From contig CAMDJZ010000006.1 of NCBI GenBank assembly GCA_945901265.1, positions 1 to 61,136 on the forward strand: 61,136 nt of DNA, read 5' to 3'. Origin of the DNA: Rickettsia typhi (GTDB lineage Bacteria > Pseudomonadota > Alphaproteobacteria > Rickettsiales > UBA1997). Below are positions 11,390-20,427 of this stretch, piece after piece (within the stretch, counting starts at the first letter, position 1; every line of letters starts with the position of its first letter). Under the pieces are notes generated by a model. The model was given only the letters and a program-made list of their open reading frames with translations. It made no database searches and was not told where the DNA came from. A program made the translations under genes and the position numbers.

Positions 11390-12589
11390 ATGAAAACAAT
11401 TGATTATTATCAAAAACAATTAAGAGAGCTACAAGGTAATGATTTATATCGTCAACTTCAAGAATATGATGGATTAGATGCAATAAAATTTATTAAAAAT
11501 TTACAAGAATCACCAGTTAAGAAAAAAACATCATCAAAAAACTATAAAAAATCAACTTCAAAATCAAGTGAATCAATTAAAAATAATCAAAGCTTAATCT
11601 GCTTTGCAAGTAATGACTATCTTGATCTAAGTAGTAATGAATTGGTTAAAAAAAGCGCTATTCAAGCGATTAAAAAATTTGGCGTTGGAGCAAGATCATC
11701 AAGATATATTACTGGAAATAATCATTTATATCATCAATTAGAAAGGCAATTATCAAAATGGAAAAATTGTGATGATTGTATAATTTTTTCATCAGGTTAT
11801 ATAGTAGCAATAGGCGTAATACCTGCCTTGATGGGAAAGGGGGACTTAATTATTGCCGATAAATTAATTCATTCTTGTTTACTTGATGGTGCAAAATTAT
11901 CGCAAGCAAAATTATTGCGCTTTAAGCATAATGATATTGAGCATTGTCAAAAAATTCTTAAAGAAAATCGAAAAAAATTTAAGAATTGTTTGATTATTAG
12001 CGAGACAATATTTTCAATGGATGGCGATGTCGGTAAAATTGTTGAATTAAAAAATTTAGCTAATGAATTTTCTTCATTATTGCTTTCTGATGATGCTCAT
12101 GGTTTGGGAATAAAATTATTTAATGAAGAAATTTCTTCCGCAAATCATTTACAAATGGGAACATTTTCAAAGGCTCTCGGAGCTCTTGGTGGATATGTTT
12201 GTGGCGATAAAATTATTATTGATTACTTAAGGAATTTTGCAAAATCACAAATTTACACAACTGCCTTACCGCCAGCAATTTTAGCAAGCGTAATAACGTC
12301 ATTAAAAATTCTTTCGCAAACAAAGTTAGGAAAAAAAGCTTTGGAAAATGCTAGTTATTTTTGTCAATTAATGAATTTAAAACAACCGCAATCGGCAATA
12401 GTTATAATTTGTATTGAAAATAATCATAAGTTATTGGCGATTGTTAAAAATGTTGAACAACAAGGATTTTTAATTTCGGCGATTAGAAAACCCACGGTTT
12501 CTAGTGCAAGATTGCGTATTACTTTTAACTCAAGTCATCGCAAACAAGATATAAAGAAATTAGTTGATATATTGAAAAAAATACTCTAG
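11390..12589 (+). CDS. bioF: 8-amino-7-oxononanoate synthase
   Basis: FASNDYLDL, FSMDGD, DDAHGLG, PLP-lysine motif GTFSKALG, RLRITF. Confidence 0.9.
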   Translation: MKTIDYYQKQLRELQGNDLYRQLQEYDGLDAIKFIKNLQESPVKKKTSSKNYKKSTSKSSESIKNNQSLICFASNDYLDLSSNELVKKSAIQAIKKFGVGARSSRYITGNNHLYHQLERQLSKWKNCDDCIIFSSGYIVAIGVIPALMGKGDLIIADKLIHSCLLDGAKLSQAKLLRFKHNDIEHCQKILKENRKKFKNCLIISETIFSMDGDVGKIVELKNLANEFSSLLLSDDAHGLGIKLFNEEISSANHLQMGTFSKALGALGGYVCGDKIIIDYLRNFAKSQIYTTALPPAILASVITSLKILSQTKLGKKALENASYFCQLMNLKQPQSAIVIICIENNHKLLAIVKNVEQQGFLISAIRKPTVSSARLRITFNSSHRKQDIKKLVDILKKIL

Positions 12590-12620
12590 TAATCTATTTG
12601 TTATTAATAATAAACTAAAT

Positions 12621-14012
12621 ATGACGCGAGTAATTAATTTTTTTCAACAAATTGGCTTTAATGAGGAGCAAGCAAATGCAATTATAAATTTGCTTAAAAT
12701 ATCCAAAAATCTTCAAAGAGATGTTTTTTTCCAAGATTTGGAAATGTTAAAAATGCATTTTGAAAGGCCAGAAAACAATGATCAAGCAAGAAAATTCAAA
12801 GAAATTGAAAGAAGTAAAAGCGATGAAGATGAAATTAATTTAGAAAATTTTTTCAATAATGAAATTTACTCAGATGAAAATATTAGAGATTATTTGATAT
12901 TTGCAACTCAAAAATTATTTGGCAGAAACGCTTTTCAAGAACGAAATGAAATTACCAAGCAAGATTGGCTTGAATCTAATTTTCAAGATATTAAAAAAAT
13001 ACTTGATGAATTAGGAATGACTCAGGCAAAAAAATCTGCATTTAAAGACCCTGACTATAGCTTCATTTTTGGTGCAGCTTTTGGTAGAATTTATTTAAGA
13101 TGTAAGTCATTGGTTAATGAAATTGCTGCGCAAGAAATTAGCAAAGAACATCAAAAATACTTAGTATGTGGTTCAAGAGCTATTAACTTAGAAGAGATTT
13201 CTTTGGATGATGGTTGTAAAAAATATCAAATAAATAGAAAATCAGTCGATTGGTCATCAGTTGCTGGAAATGATGAGTTTGAAAAATTAATGGAAGAATT
13301 TGAGGCAAGTGATTTGTTTAAAAATTATGCACAGCTTGCAATTGCTGAAGAACAAGAAGCGGCTAGATTATTAACAATAGGAACGCCAAACGAAATTAAA
13401 ATTCAAAGACTTAAAGGCGAGCAAGTTATCGGTGAATTCATTGCCACTAAAATTTCAAATGAATCTAAAATTGAAATCCAACTTCTTGAGGATCACGTTA
13501 TCGCAGAAGGAGAGATAAGGGGTACAACAAAAACAAATGCTCAACGAATTTTAGATAAAATTTTTCAAGATCAAACTGATAAAAGTTCTGATAGTCAATC
13601 TAAAAAGATTTTACTGGTATTTAATAATCCTCACTCTCAGAGAATGTGCATGGATTTTAAAAATGCCATTAAAGAAAATCATGAAAAATATAAATTGAAT
13701 TTAGATGTGAGCTACATGGGAGAAGGTATGGAAAATCCAACCATGGCTGCGATCTCTGAAGTTCCAAGTTTAGTTCTGGCAAAATTTAAAAATTTTTTAA
13801 TTGAAAAAGAAATCGGTCAAGAAAAATTATTGGACCCTGATAAATTTGATAAAATTATTACGGAATTACAATTTAAAAATCATGGATCGATGCGTATTCA
13901 TCAAGCTGAATCAACGCCAGTATTACCTCAAAGAGAATTATCGCCTCGATTATCTCCTCGAGGAGTATCGGATAAAGCAATTTCTTACGTAGCTAGTTCA
14001 ATGTCAAACTAA
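12621..14012 (+). CDS. Hypothetical protein with weak DUF218/YdcF-like motifs
   Basis: 463 aa ORF. 'FIFGAAFGRIYLR', 'GTTKTNA' and 'ILLVFNNPHSQRM' resemble DUF218 motifs; Ser/Pro/Arg-rich C-terminal tail. Confidence 0.6.
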   Translation: MTRVINFFQQIGFNEEQANAIINLLKISKNLQRDVFFQDLEMLKMHFERPENNDQARKFKEIERSKSDEDEINLENFFNNEIYSDENIRDYLIFATQKLFGRNAFQERNEITKQDWLESNFQDIKKILDELGMTQAKKSAFKDPDYSFIFGAAFGRIYLRCKSLVNEIAAQEISKEHQKYLVCGSRAINLEEISLDDGCKKYQINRKSVDWSSVAGNDEFEKLMEEFEASDLFKNYAQLAIAEEQEAARLLTIGTPNEIKIQRLKGEQVIGEFIATKISNESKIEIQLLEDHVIAEGEIRGTTKTNAQRILDKIFQDQTDKSSDSQSKKILLVFNNPHSQRMCMDFKNAIKENHEKYKLNLDVSYMGEGMENPTMAAISEVPSLVLAKFKNFLIEKEIGQEKLLDPDKFDKIITELQFKNHGSMRIHQAESTPVLPQRELSPRLSPRGVSDKAISYVASSMSN

Positions 14013-14143
14013 TTTAGTAGTATTTATTTTTTAATGATTTAATTATTTTAACTTTAAAATGATATTTTATTTTTAAATTTTTGCACATTTTTTGATTAAG
14101 AAAAATCAAAAAATATTTTGATATAATTTAATTTAAACATAAA

Positions 14144-14165
14144 ATGATATTATTATAAATATCAT
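14144..14165. promoter_or_regulatory. Palindromic putative repressor operator upstream of the rhodanese gene
   Basis: ATGATATT-N6-AATATCAT inverted repeat ending 21 bp before the ATG at 14187. Confidence 0.35.
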
Positions 14166-14186
14166 GAATTACAAAAACCAATTTCT

Positions 14187-14702
14187 ATGAAAAATGTTGA
14201 TGTTAAAACTCTAAAAAATTGGCTTGATAATGAAGAGGCAGTCTTAATTGACGTGCGAGAAATCGCTGAACATGAAAATCAAAGAATTGCTGGGGCAACC
14301 TTGATTCCATTGGCTGAAATAACCAAAGAAAAACTTCCTGATATCAAAAATAAAAAATTAGTAATTCATTGCCAAGGTGGAAAAAGAAGCCTAAATGCTT
14401 GCCAAAAATTAATGGCTGAAAATATCGGTTGTGAAATTTATAATCTGGAAGGCGGAATTAACTCATGGTGTGTTCAAGGATGCGATGTTATTTCAACAAA
14501 AAAATTTTTTCTTCCACTTGATCGACAAACCCAATTAGCAATTGGAAGCGTTGTCTTTGCTAGTTCAATGCTAGGATATTTTTTCAATATTAATTTTTTA
14601 TTTATCAGTGGATTTTTTGGTGCAGGATTAATATTTGCAGGACTAACTGGCAATTGCACTCTTGCTAAAATCATCGCCAAAATGCCATGGAATAAAAGTT
14701 AG
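14187..14702 (+). CDS. Rhodanese-domain membrane protein (YgaP-like, DUF2892 C-terminus)
   Basis: 'LIDVRE..EH', active-site loop 'HCQGGKRS', 'LEGGINSW', C-terminal 'GAGLIFAGLTGNC..AKMPWN'. Confidence 0.92.
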   Translation: MKNVDVKTLKNWLDNEEAVLIDVREIAEHENQRIAGATLIPLAEITKEKLPDIKNKKLVIHCQGGKRSLNACQKLMAENIGCEIYNLEGGINSWCVQGCDVISTKKFFLPLDRQTQLAIGSVVFASSMLGYFFNINFLFISGFFGAGLIFAGLTGNCTLAKIIAKMPWNKS

Positions 14703-14747
14703 AACAAAAGCATTTTGAAAGCGAATTCAAATAAATATTTTTAAAAA

Positions 14748-15033
14748 AGTGGAATTTTTATAGAATTTATGCTCTACTAAATTCTTGCTACGCTAAAAAA
14801 AAGAAAAAGCAAATTGCTAAATCAAGAAAATAATGACACTGCAAAAGACACTGCAAAAGACACTGTGAATTTAATCAAAAAATATCCAAAAATTACTCTT
14901 GACGAATTTTCTCAAAAATTTAAAAAAATCCTGCAGAACCATCACTCGCCTCATCAAAAAATTACAAGAAGACCAAATAATTTCTCGCATCAGCTCAGAC
15001 AAAACTTGGTTTTTGGAGGTGAAGAATGGCTAA
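14748..15033 (+). pseudogene. Remnant of the 3' end of a Fic-family/winged-HTH gene
   Basis: Reads SGIFIEFMLY*ILATLKK..DTAKDTAKDTVNLIKKYPKITLDEFSQK, then after a frameshift LKKSCRTITRLIKKLQEDQIISRISSDKT. It has one in-frame stop, a frameshift and no N-terminal part. Confidence 0.6.
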
Positions 15034-15351
15034 CTATTTCAAAAAAAACTTTTGAAAGCGAGCTGATTAATAAAAAATAAAATTAGTTTAATTCCTAAAA
15101 TTATCGCAACTTCTTTGTAAAGAAAAATATTTTTTTATGGTGTTTTTTTATAAGCTCTTTTTTACGAAAATATATCATTAAATAAATAAAATATCCGCAG
15201 TAAAGAGTGATCAAACTATACATTATTTATTCTGTAAATTAATCTTGACTATAATTAAATTTTGGTTTTCAATAATTAAGCCTTAAGCCTGAAAATAGAG
15301 TCTAAAAGCATTTTTTATCTTGATAAATTAGTCATCAAATTTTATTTGTAA

Positions 15352-15365
15352 TTGATTTAGATCAA
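15352..15365. promoter_or_regulatory. FNR/FixK-type box TTGAT-N4-ATCAA
   Basis: Exact consensus TTGATTTAGATCAA, 23 bp upstream of a Crp/Fnr-type HTH ORF. Confidence 0.7.
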
Positions 15366-15388
15366 GAAAAAAATTATTTTAACAAAAT

Positions 15389-15634
15389 ATGTTGAAAGAA
15401 AACATCATTAAAGCTTTGAGTGATATAGAAATTTTTTCTAAAATTGATAATAAAATTCTTGCATCATATCTTGGAATTAAGCCTGAAACCTTATCGCGAA
15501 TCTTAAAAAAATTAAAAAGCGATGGAGAAATTACCTTAAAAAAAAATTTAATAACATTCCTAAAAATTGATTCCTTATGCCAATATTGCAATCAAAATAC
15601 CAGTGAGAAATGTCTTGAAAAAAAATGTCTATAA
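15389..15634 (+). CDS. Miniature or internally deleted Crp/Fnr-family HTH protein
   Basis: 'ILASYLGIKPETLSRILKKLK..GEI' is a Crp-type HTH with the FNR-like ExxSR helix. No cNMP-binding domain; Cys-rich tail. Confidence 0.72.
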   Translation: MLKENIIKALSDIEIFSKIDNKILASYLGIKPETLSRILKKLKSDGEITLKKNLITFLKIDSLCQYCNQNTSEKCLEKKCL

Positions 15635-15643
15635 TTATTTTAG

Positions 15644-17488
15644 ATGAAAAAAAATAACACGCAAACACAACAAGATCAAATAGTTATAACCCTTAAAAAC
15701 ATGCTTGCCAATCATGATTTAGCTATTGATTTTTCGAGTAATATCAATGATGATTTTTTTTCATGGCATGAAAATTTAGTGAGTAAAAAATCTCTCACTA
15801 AATCTTCGCTTACTTTAATGCAAGCATCGCTTTTCGAAATTGACAATGAAAAATTATCAAAAAATCCTGAGGATATTGAGCTATTTAAAAAATGTCGATT
15901 TAGTGCTGATATGGCTTTTTGTTATTTACAATTTCATGATTTTGTAAATAAAGATACTTTTGAATTAAATGATGCTCAACGACAAATATTTAGTGAATTT
16001 GAGAAGTTACGAGTGGTTCTAAAAGCAAGCGAGAGTTATATCGGTGTTGCTAAAAATATTTTTGACGTAATTGAAAAAAACATTATTAATTGTGATTTAA
16101 ATTCACCAGCAATGCTGCTTATTAATGAAAAAAATAATTTACAAGAAATTATAAATAAATATACTGAAATAAATATTTTTAACCAAAAACTTTTAAATAA
16201 ATTTAACTCTAACATTATTGGTAAAATTGACAAAATTTCTCAAAACATTAATAATCAAAAACTCTTTGCAAAGTTTGTTTACGAATTGATTTTGCAACTA
16301 GAGCAAGATGATTCGCAAGATCAGCGTGACACAAATAATGATCCTGAAAAAGATTCTAAATCTCTAGAAAAAAATCCTGACGATTTGGTAAGTAGCAATG
16401 ACGAAAATGTCGAAGAAGATAAGGTTTTAAGCGATTCTTCCCTTGAAGAGCAAGTTGCAGAAAATCCTAAAATTGACTTTGATAAAATTACTATTTTCTC
16501 AGATGGCGAATCTAGCCAAGAGCAATTGATTGTAGATCAAACAATAATAGATCCAAATCAAATTGCTTTCAAAAAATCTTATAAAATATATACTGATAAG
16601 TTTGATGAAATAATTTTTCCAAATAAATTAATAAAAAATGCTGAATTAAAAAATCTTCGTAATCAACTAGATTTGAGAATTAACAAAATGCAGTCAATCT
16701 CCAAAAAAATGCGCATGAAATTAAAAAGAAAATTGCTTTCAAAGCGCAATTCCTTTATGGATTACGATGCATCACGCGGAGTTTTAGATCGCAAAAAATT
16801 ATCATGCATTATTACAAATCCCTTTATTGAAGATATTTGGGTTAATAATAAAACCCATGAATATCAAGATACGGCCTTGACTATTTTGCTCGATAATTCG
16901 GGATCGATGCGAGGAAATCCAATTATTATGAGCGCTCTTGCTTGCGAAATTATCGCTGATATTTTGCAAAATTTTGCAGTTAAAACTGAAATTATCGGAT
17001 TTACAACCGCTGATTGGAAGGGTGGAAGAGTGAAGAAATTATGGGAAATGTCAGGAAGGCCAGCCAATCCTGGAAGATTAAATGAATTGCGTCACATTGT
17101 CTATAAGCATTTCAATCAAAATTTTAAGAAGGCTAGAATTAATCTTGGCTTAATGCTTAAAGAAGGAATTTTAAAGGAAAATATTGATGGCGAAGCGCTT
17201 CTATTTGCAAAATCGAGATTAATGCAACAAAGTGAAAAAAGAAAAATTTTATTAGTGATTTCTGATGGAACTCCTGTCGATGATTCTACGACATCGGCAA
17301 ATGATAAGGATATTTTATCGCAACATCTTCATCATGTTATAAATAACATTGAAAAAAAATCTAAAATTGAAATAGTTGGCATTGGAATTGGCCATAGTAC
17401 TGATGAATTTTATCGCAATTCAATTGCCATTAAAAATGTTGAAGAACTTGGCGATGCAATGATAGATAAGATTGCCGATTTACTTTAA
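15644..17488 (+). CDS. cobT: CobT-like VWA protein (aerobic cobaltochelatase CobT family)
   Basis: Acidic linker, MIDAS 'LLDNSGSMRG', 'PGRLNELRHIVYK', 'LKENIDGEAL', 'ISDGTPVDDST'. Confidence 0.9.
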   Translation: MKKNNTQTQQDQIVITLKNMLANHDLAIDFSSNINDDFFSWHENLVSKKSLTKSSLTLMQASLFEIDNEKLSKNPEDIELFKKCRFSADMAFCYLQFHDFVNKDTFELNDAQRQIFSEFEKLRVVLKASESYIGVAKNIFDVIEKNIINCDLNSPAMLLINEKNNLQEIINKYTEINIFNQKLLNKFNSNIIGKIDKISQNINNQKLFAKFVYELILQLEQDDSQDQRDTNNDPEKDSKSLEKNPDDLVSSNDENVEEDKVLSDSSLEEQVAENPKIDFDKITIFSDGESSQEQLIVDQTIIDPNQIAFKKSYKIYTDKFDEIIFPNKLIKNAELKNLRNQLDLRINKMQSISKKMRMKLKRKLLSKRNSFMDYDASRGVLDRKKLSCIITNPFIEDIWVNNKTHEYQDTALTILLDNSGSMRGNPIIMSALACEIIADILQNFAVKTEIIGFTTADWKGGRVKKLWEMSGRPANPGRLNELRHIVYKHFNQNFKKARINLGLMLKEGILKENIDGEALLFAKSRLMQQSEKRKILLVISDGTPVDDSTTSANDKDILSQHLHHVINNIEKKSKIEIVGIGIGHSTDEFYRNSIAIKNVEELGDAMIDKIADLL

Positions 17489-17598
17489 CTTTGGCCAAAA
17501 ATTTATTATAAATTTGTTATAAATTTTAGACTAAAAAATTTTATACTTGCTTTTTATAAAAAATTTATTTTTTGTTATAAAAAAATTAAATTTTATTT

Positions 17599-18654
17599 AT
17601 GACCAAAGAAAAAAAAATTCCGAATAAGCTTGAGAAAAAAAGCAAAAAAAATCCTAAAGAGATAGAAAAAAAGCAAGTATCTGAAAAAAAATTTTCTAGA
17701 TTTTCATACAAATTAGGATTTAATAAATTAACCAAAATCGTTGCTTTACTGTTAGTTTTAACTATAATTGTTGTTAGTTACTTTTCATATGTACGTTACA
17801 AAATGTTAATTCAACGCATTGAGGAAGAAGTTAGTATTTCGGCAAATCAAGTTGAAAATGTTTTTGTGGATTATGCCAATATTTCTGAAATGTTATTGAT
17901 TCATCTAAATAATAAAATGCTTGAAAGTGATGATATCTTTAGAATAAATAATAAAATTTTTCAAACACTTACCACTTTTAATGAAGATACTAAGGTAATC
18001 AATTCATTGGGAAATAATTTTATTTCTGGAGCGATGTTTTATTGGATAGATAATAAAAATAATTTAGTAGCAAGTAGTGCTGGCTTGGTTTCAAGGGTAA
18101 TAAACTTGTCATCGCGCGATTATTTGCAAAAAAATAAAACAAATCCAATGCGCTTGCAAATTGGCTCCCCAGTTATTGGTGCATTAAGCGGTCAATCAAT
18201 TATTCCAATGGCATTAGGAGTCAATAATAGGCAAGGAGTTTTTGTTGGTTCAATAGTTTTAAGTTTGCGTTTGGATAATTTTTTACAAAAATTTCGTAAT
18301 CTTAAAGAGCGCAATATTGAATTTGCAATACTTGGTGAAGATGGCAAGATTATCATGAGTTCAAGTGATGAATTTTTTAGAAAAAATCATGAATTTTATG
18401 AAAAAAATAATTGGCAAAATTCTGGCAAAATTGTTCACAGTTTTTCATTATTTAACTTAAATGGCCATGTTATTTTTGCTAAGGATATTGACAATCAGCC
18501 TTACAAAATATTAACTGCAATGCGCTCTAAAAATGCATATAAAACAGTTTCGCGTGAAATGTTCCCAAGTTTTATTGAATTATCTTTAATTATAATGTTT
18601 TTAATTATGATTAAAATTATTTATGCAATTTTAATCATTAAAAACAGAAATTAA
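17599..18654 (+). CDS. Membrane protein with a Cache-like extracytoplasmic sensor domain and no cytoplasmic output domain
   Basis: TM-periplasmic-TM layout; 'NLSSRDYLQ', 'IGSPVIGALSG..IIPMA..V...G.FVG' are dCache-like; the ORF ends right after TM2. Confidence 0.65.
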   Translation: MTKEKKIPNKLEKKSKKNPKEIEKKQVSEKKFSRFSYKLGFNKLTKIVALLLVLTIIVVSYFSYVRYKMLIQRIEEEVSISANQVENVFVDYANISEMLLIHLNNKMLESDDIFRINNKIFQTLTTFNEDTKVINSLGNNFISGAMFYWIDNKNNLVASSAGLVSRVINLSSRDYLQKNKTNPMRLQIGSPVIGALSGQSIIPMALGVNNRQGVFVGSIVLSLRLDNFLQKFRNLKERNIEFAILGEDGKIIMSSSDEFFRKNHEFYEKNNWQNSGKIVHSFSLFNLNGHVIFAKDIDNQPYKILTAMRSKNAYKTVSREMFPSFIELSLIIMFLIMIKIIYAILIIKNRN

Positions 18655-18655
18655 T

Positions 18656-19510
18656 TTACCTAATAGCAATGCTATATTTCTTACTTAAATAATCTTCAAC
18701 TGCCTTACGCTCTTCAGTTAAAAGCGATCTTTTTAAAATAATAATTTCTGCAATATTGCCCTTAAAATAATTGCCACGACCACCAATGCTTGGCGAGCTA
18801 TATGATACTAAGGAAGCAGTTTGTGTGGCATCGGCTTTATCAGGAAGATCACCTCCATTAAACCAATATTTTTTGCCGTAAGTATTATTAAATAAAAAAC
18901 TATGCATATTGGCAATCGGACTAGAATAGGCTGGAACAGTAAAATCAATATCATTGTAATAATGAGACTGAGTAATCGTAGTTGAATTTCGATAAGCTAA
19001 CATTAAATTACTATTTGGTAATCCTGACGAGCCTCCGATCATTGTAAGAAAACCTAAACCTGTTGTTCTTTTTTCAACGATAAATATACTATAAGAACTT
19101 CCTATTAAATCCGCGCCAATGAAATTAAGAAAATCATCACCATCAAAAAATACTCCTGGAATCGCATCATTAAATTGATTATCAAGAAAGGTTGGTCGAT
19201 TAATGATTGCAGCTTGGGTTGCATCATTAGGATTTAATGAATTTGGATTAATATTTTTCCAGGTGCTAATTTTTAAACCATTATCACGCTCAGAATCAAT
19301 AAAACTTATCGATAATGATGTTTCATACCAAGCTATTAAATTTTTAAGTTCACGAACAATTGATTGTTCGGTTAAAGTTTGTGCTGTTGCTAATTTAGCT
19401 TTTTTTATCATTTCAATGCCGTTTAGCGATCCAATTATTAGGATAGAGACGATGATTATCACTAAAGATAATTCAATTAATGAAAAAGCATTTTTATTTT
19501 TTAATCTCAT
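18656..19510 (-). CDS. Prepilin-type N-terminal cleavage/methylation protein with LamG/ConA-like C-terminal domain
   Basis: Class III signal 'KNKNA/FSLIELSLVIIIVSILI' with E5; 'FFDGDD' and 'FKGNIAEIII..R.L' are LamG-like motifs. Confidence 0.85.
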   Translation of the reverse strand: MRLKNKNAFSLIELSLVIIIVSILIIGSLNGIEMIKKAKLATAQTLTEQSIVRELKNLIAWYETSLSISFIDSERDNGLKISTWKNINPNSLNPNDATQAAIINRPTFLDNQFNDAIPGVFFDGDDFLNFIGADLIGSSYSIFIVEKRTTGLGFLTMIGGSSGLPNSNLMLAYRNSTTITQSHYYNDIDFTVPAYSSPIANMHSFLFNNTYGKKYWFNGGDLPDKADATQTASLVSYSSPSIGGRGNYFKGNIAEIIILKRSLLTEERKAVEDYLSKKYSIAIR

Positions 19511-19537
19511 GAAAAAATAATTTTAATTGAAAATATT

Positions 19538-20362
19538 TTAAATATTTAACTCTCTTTCTAATTCTTTCTTAATAAGATTTACAATATTTTTAGAAAAGAT
19601 TTTTTTAAATTTTTCATCGTTGATTTCATAATTGATTGAATCAACGCCAAGCAGAGTATGATTAGAATTGGTTATAAAAACTTCATCAGAATCAATTATT
19701 TCAATTAATTTAGCATCTTTTTTTAGGACTTTTAGTAATTTTAATTCTAAAATTTTTTTTCTAATACAGCCATGAACTATTCTTGATTCATCTTTACTGG
19801 TAAAGATTTCTTTATTTTTTATCCAAAAAATATTGGCACTGGAAGTTTCACAAACATTACCAAAATCATCAATTAAAATATTATCAAAAAAACCTTGTTC
19901 ATGAGCTTCAATTCTAGTTAATACATAGCTTAAAGCGCTATTAGATTTAAAAAAGAAACCTGGAGGATTGCGATATGAAATGCCCAAATTAATTTGCTCA
20001 GGTGAAGCGATAGTTTTTTTAGTTTCAATTATTATTAGCCGATCTGAGCTATTTGTTGGTAAATAACCGTTACTTCCAATTCCGCGAGTAACAGAAATTC
20101 TTAAAATTCCCTCATGGAAATTATTTTTGTTAATTAGAATTTGTGAATTTTGTTCAATAATTTTTGTATCGCTGGGGATTTTTAACTATTTTAAAGCTTG
20201 ATTTAATCTCCAGAGATGATTTTCAAAATTTATAATTTTACCTGCCGAAACTTTACAACTTTCAAATACTCCATCACCATATAAAAAACCTCTTTGCGCT
20301 ATGGAAATACTAGCATCGCTAGTTTTCAATATTTGGTTATTTATAAAAATAGAATAAGACAT
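19538..20362 (-). pseudogene. Class IV aminotransferase (PabC/IlvE/D-amino acid aminotransferase-like) interrupted by one in-frame TAG
   Basis: ATG at 20362 reads MSYSIFINN..RGFLYGDGVFES..HLWRL..ALK*LKIP..LRISVTRG, in frame with the 19538..19987 ORF (ETSSANIFW, GCIRK, DEVFITNS). The TAG is at 20186-20188. Confidence 0.82.
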
Positions 20363-20427
20363 TCTTTAAAAAAAAATTGCTTCGAAATAAGACCTTAAAC
20401 ATTCTGCTATTGTTTTGCCTAAAGGCA

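Noticed and set aside
14814-15080. 88-aa ORF as a real gene
   Set aside because: Its second half is out of frame with the HTH; better explained as part of the pseudogene at 14748..15033.
20186-20188. Genome-wide TAG reassignment to explain the internal stop
   Set aside because: TAG is the normal terminator of conserved genes here (Tim44-like, acnA, bioF, rho, tsaD).
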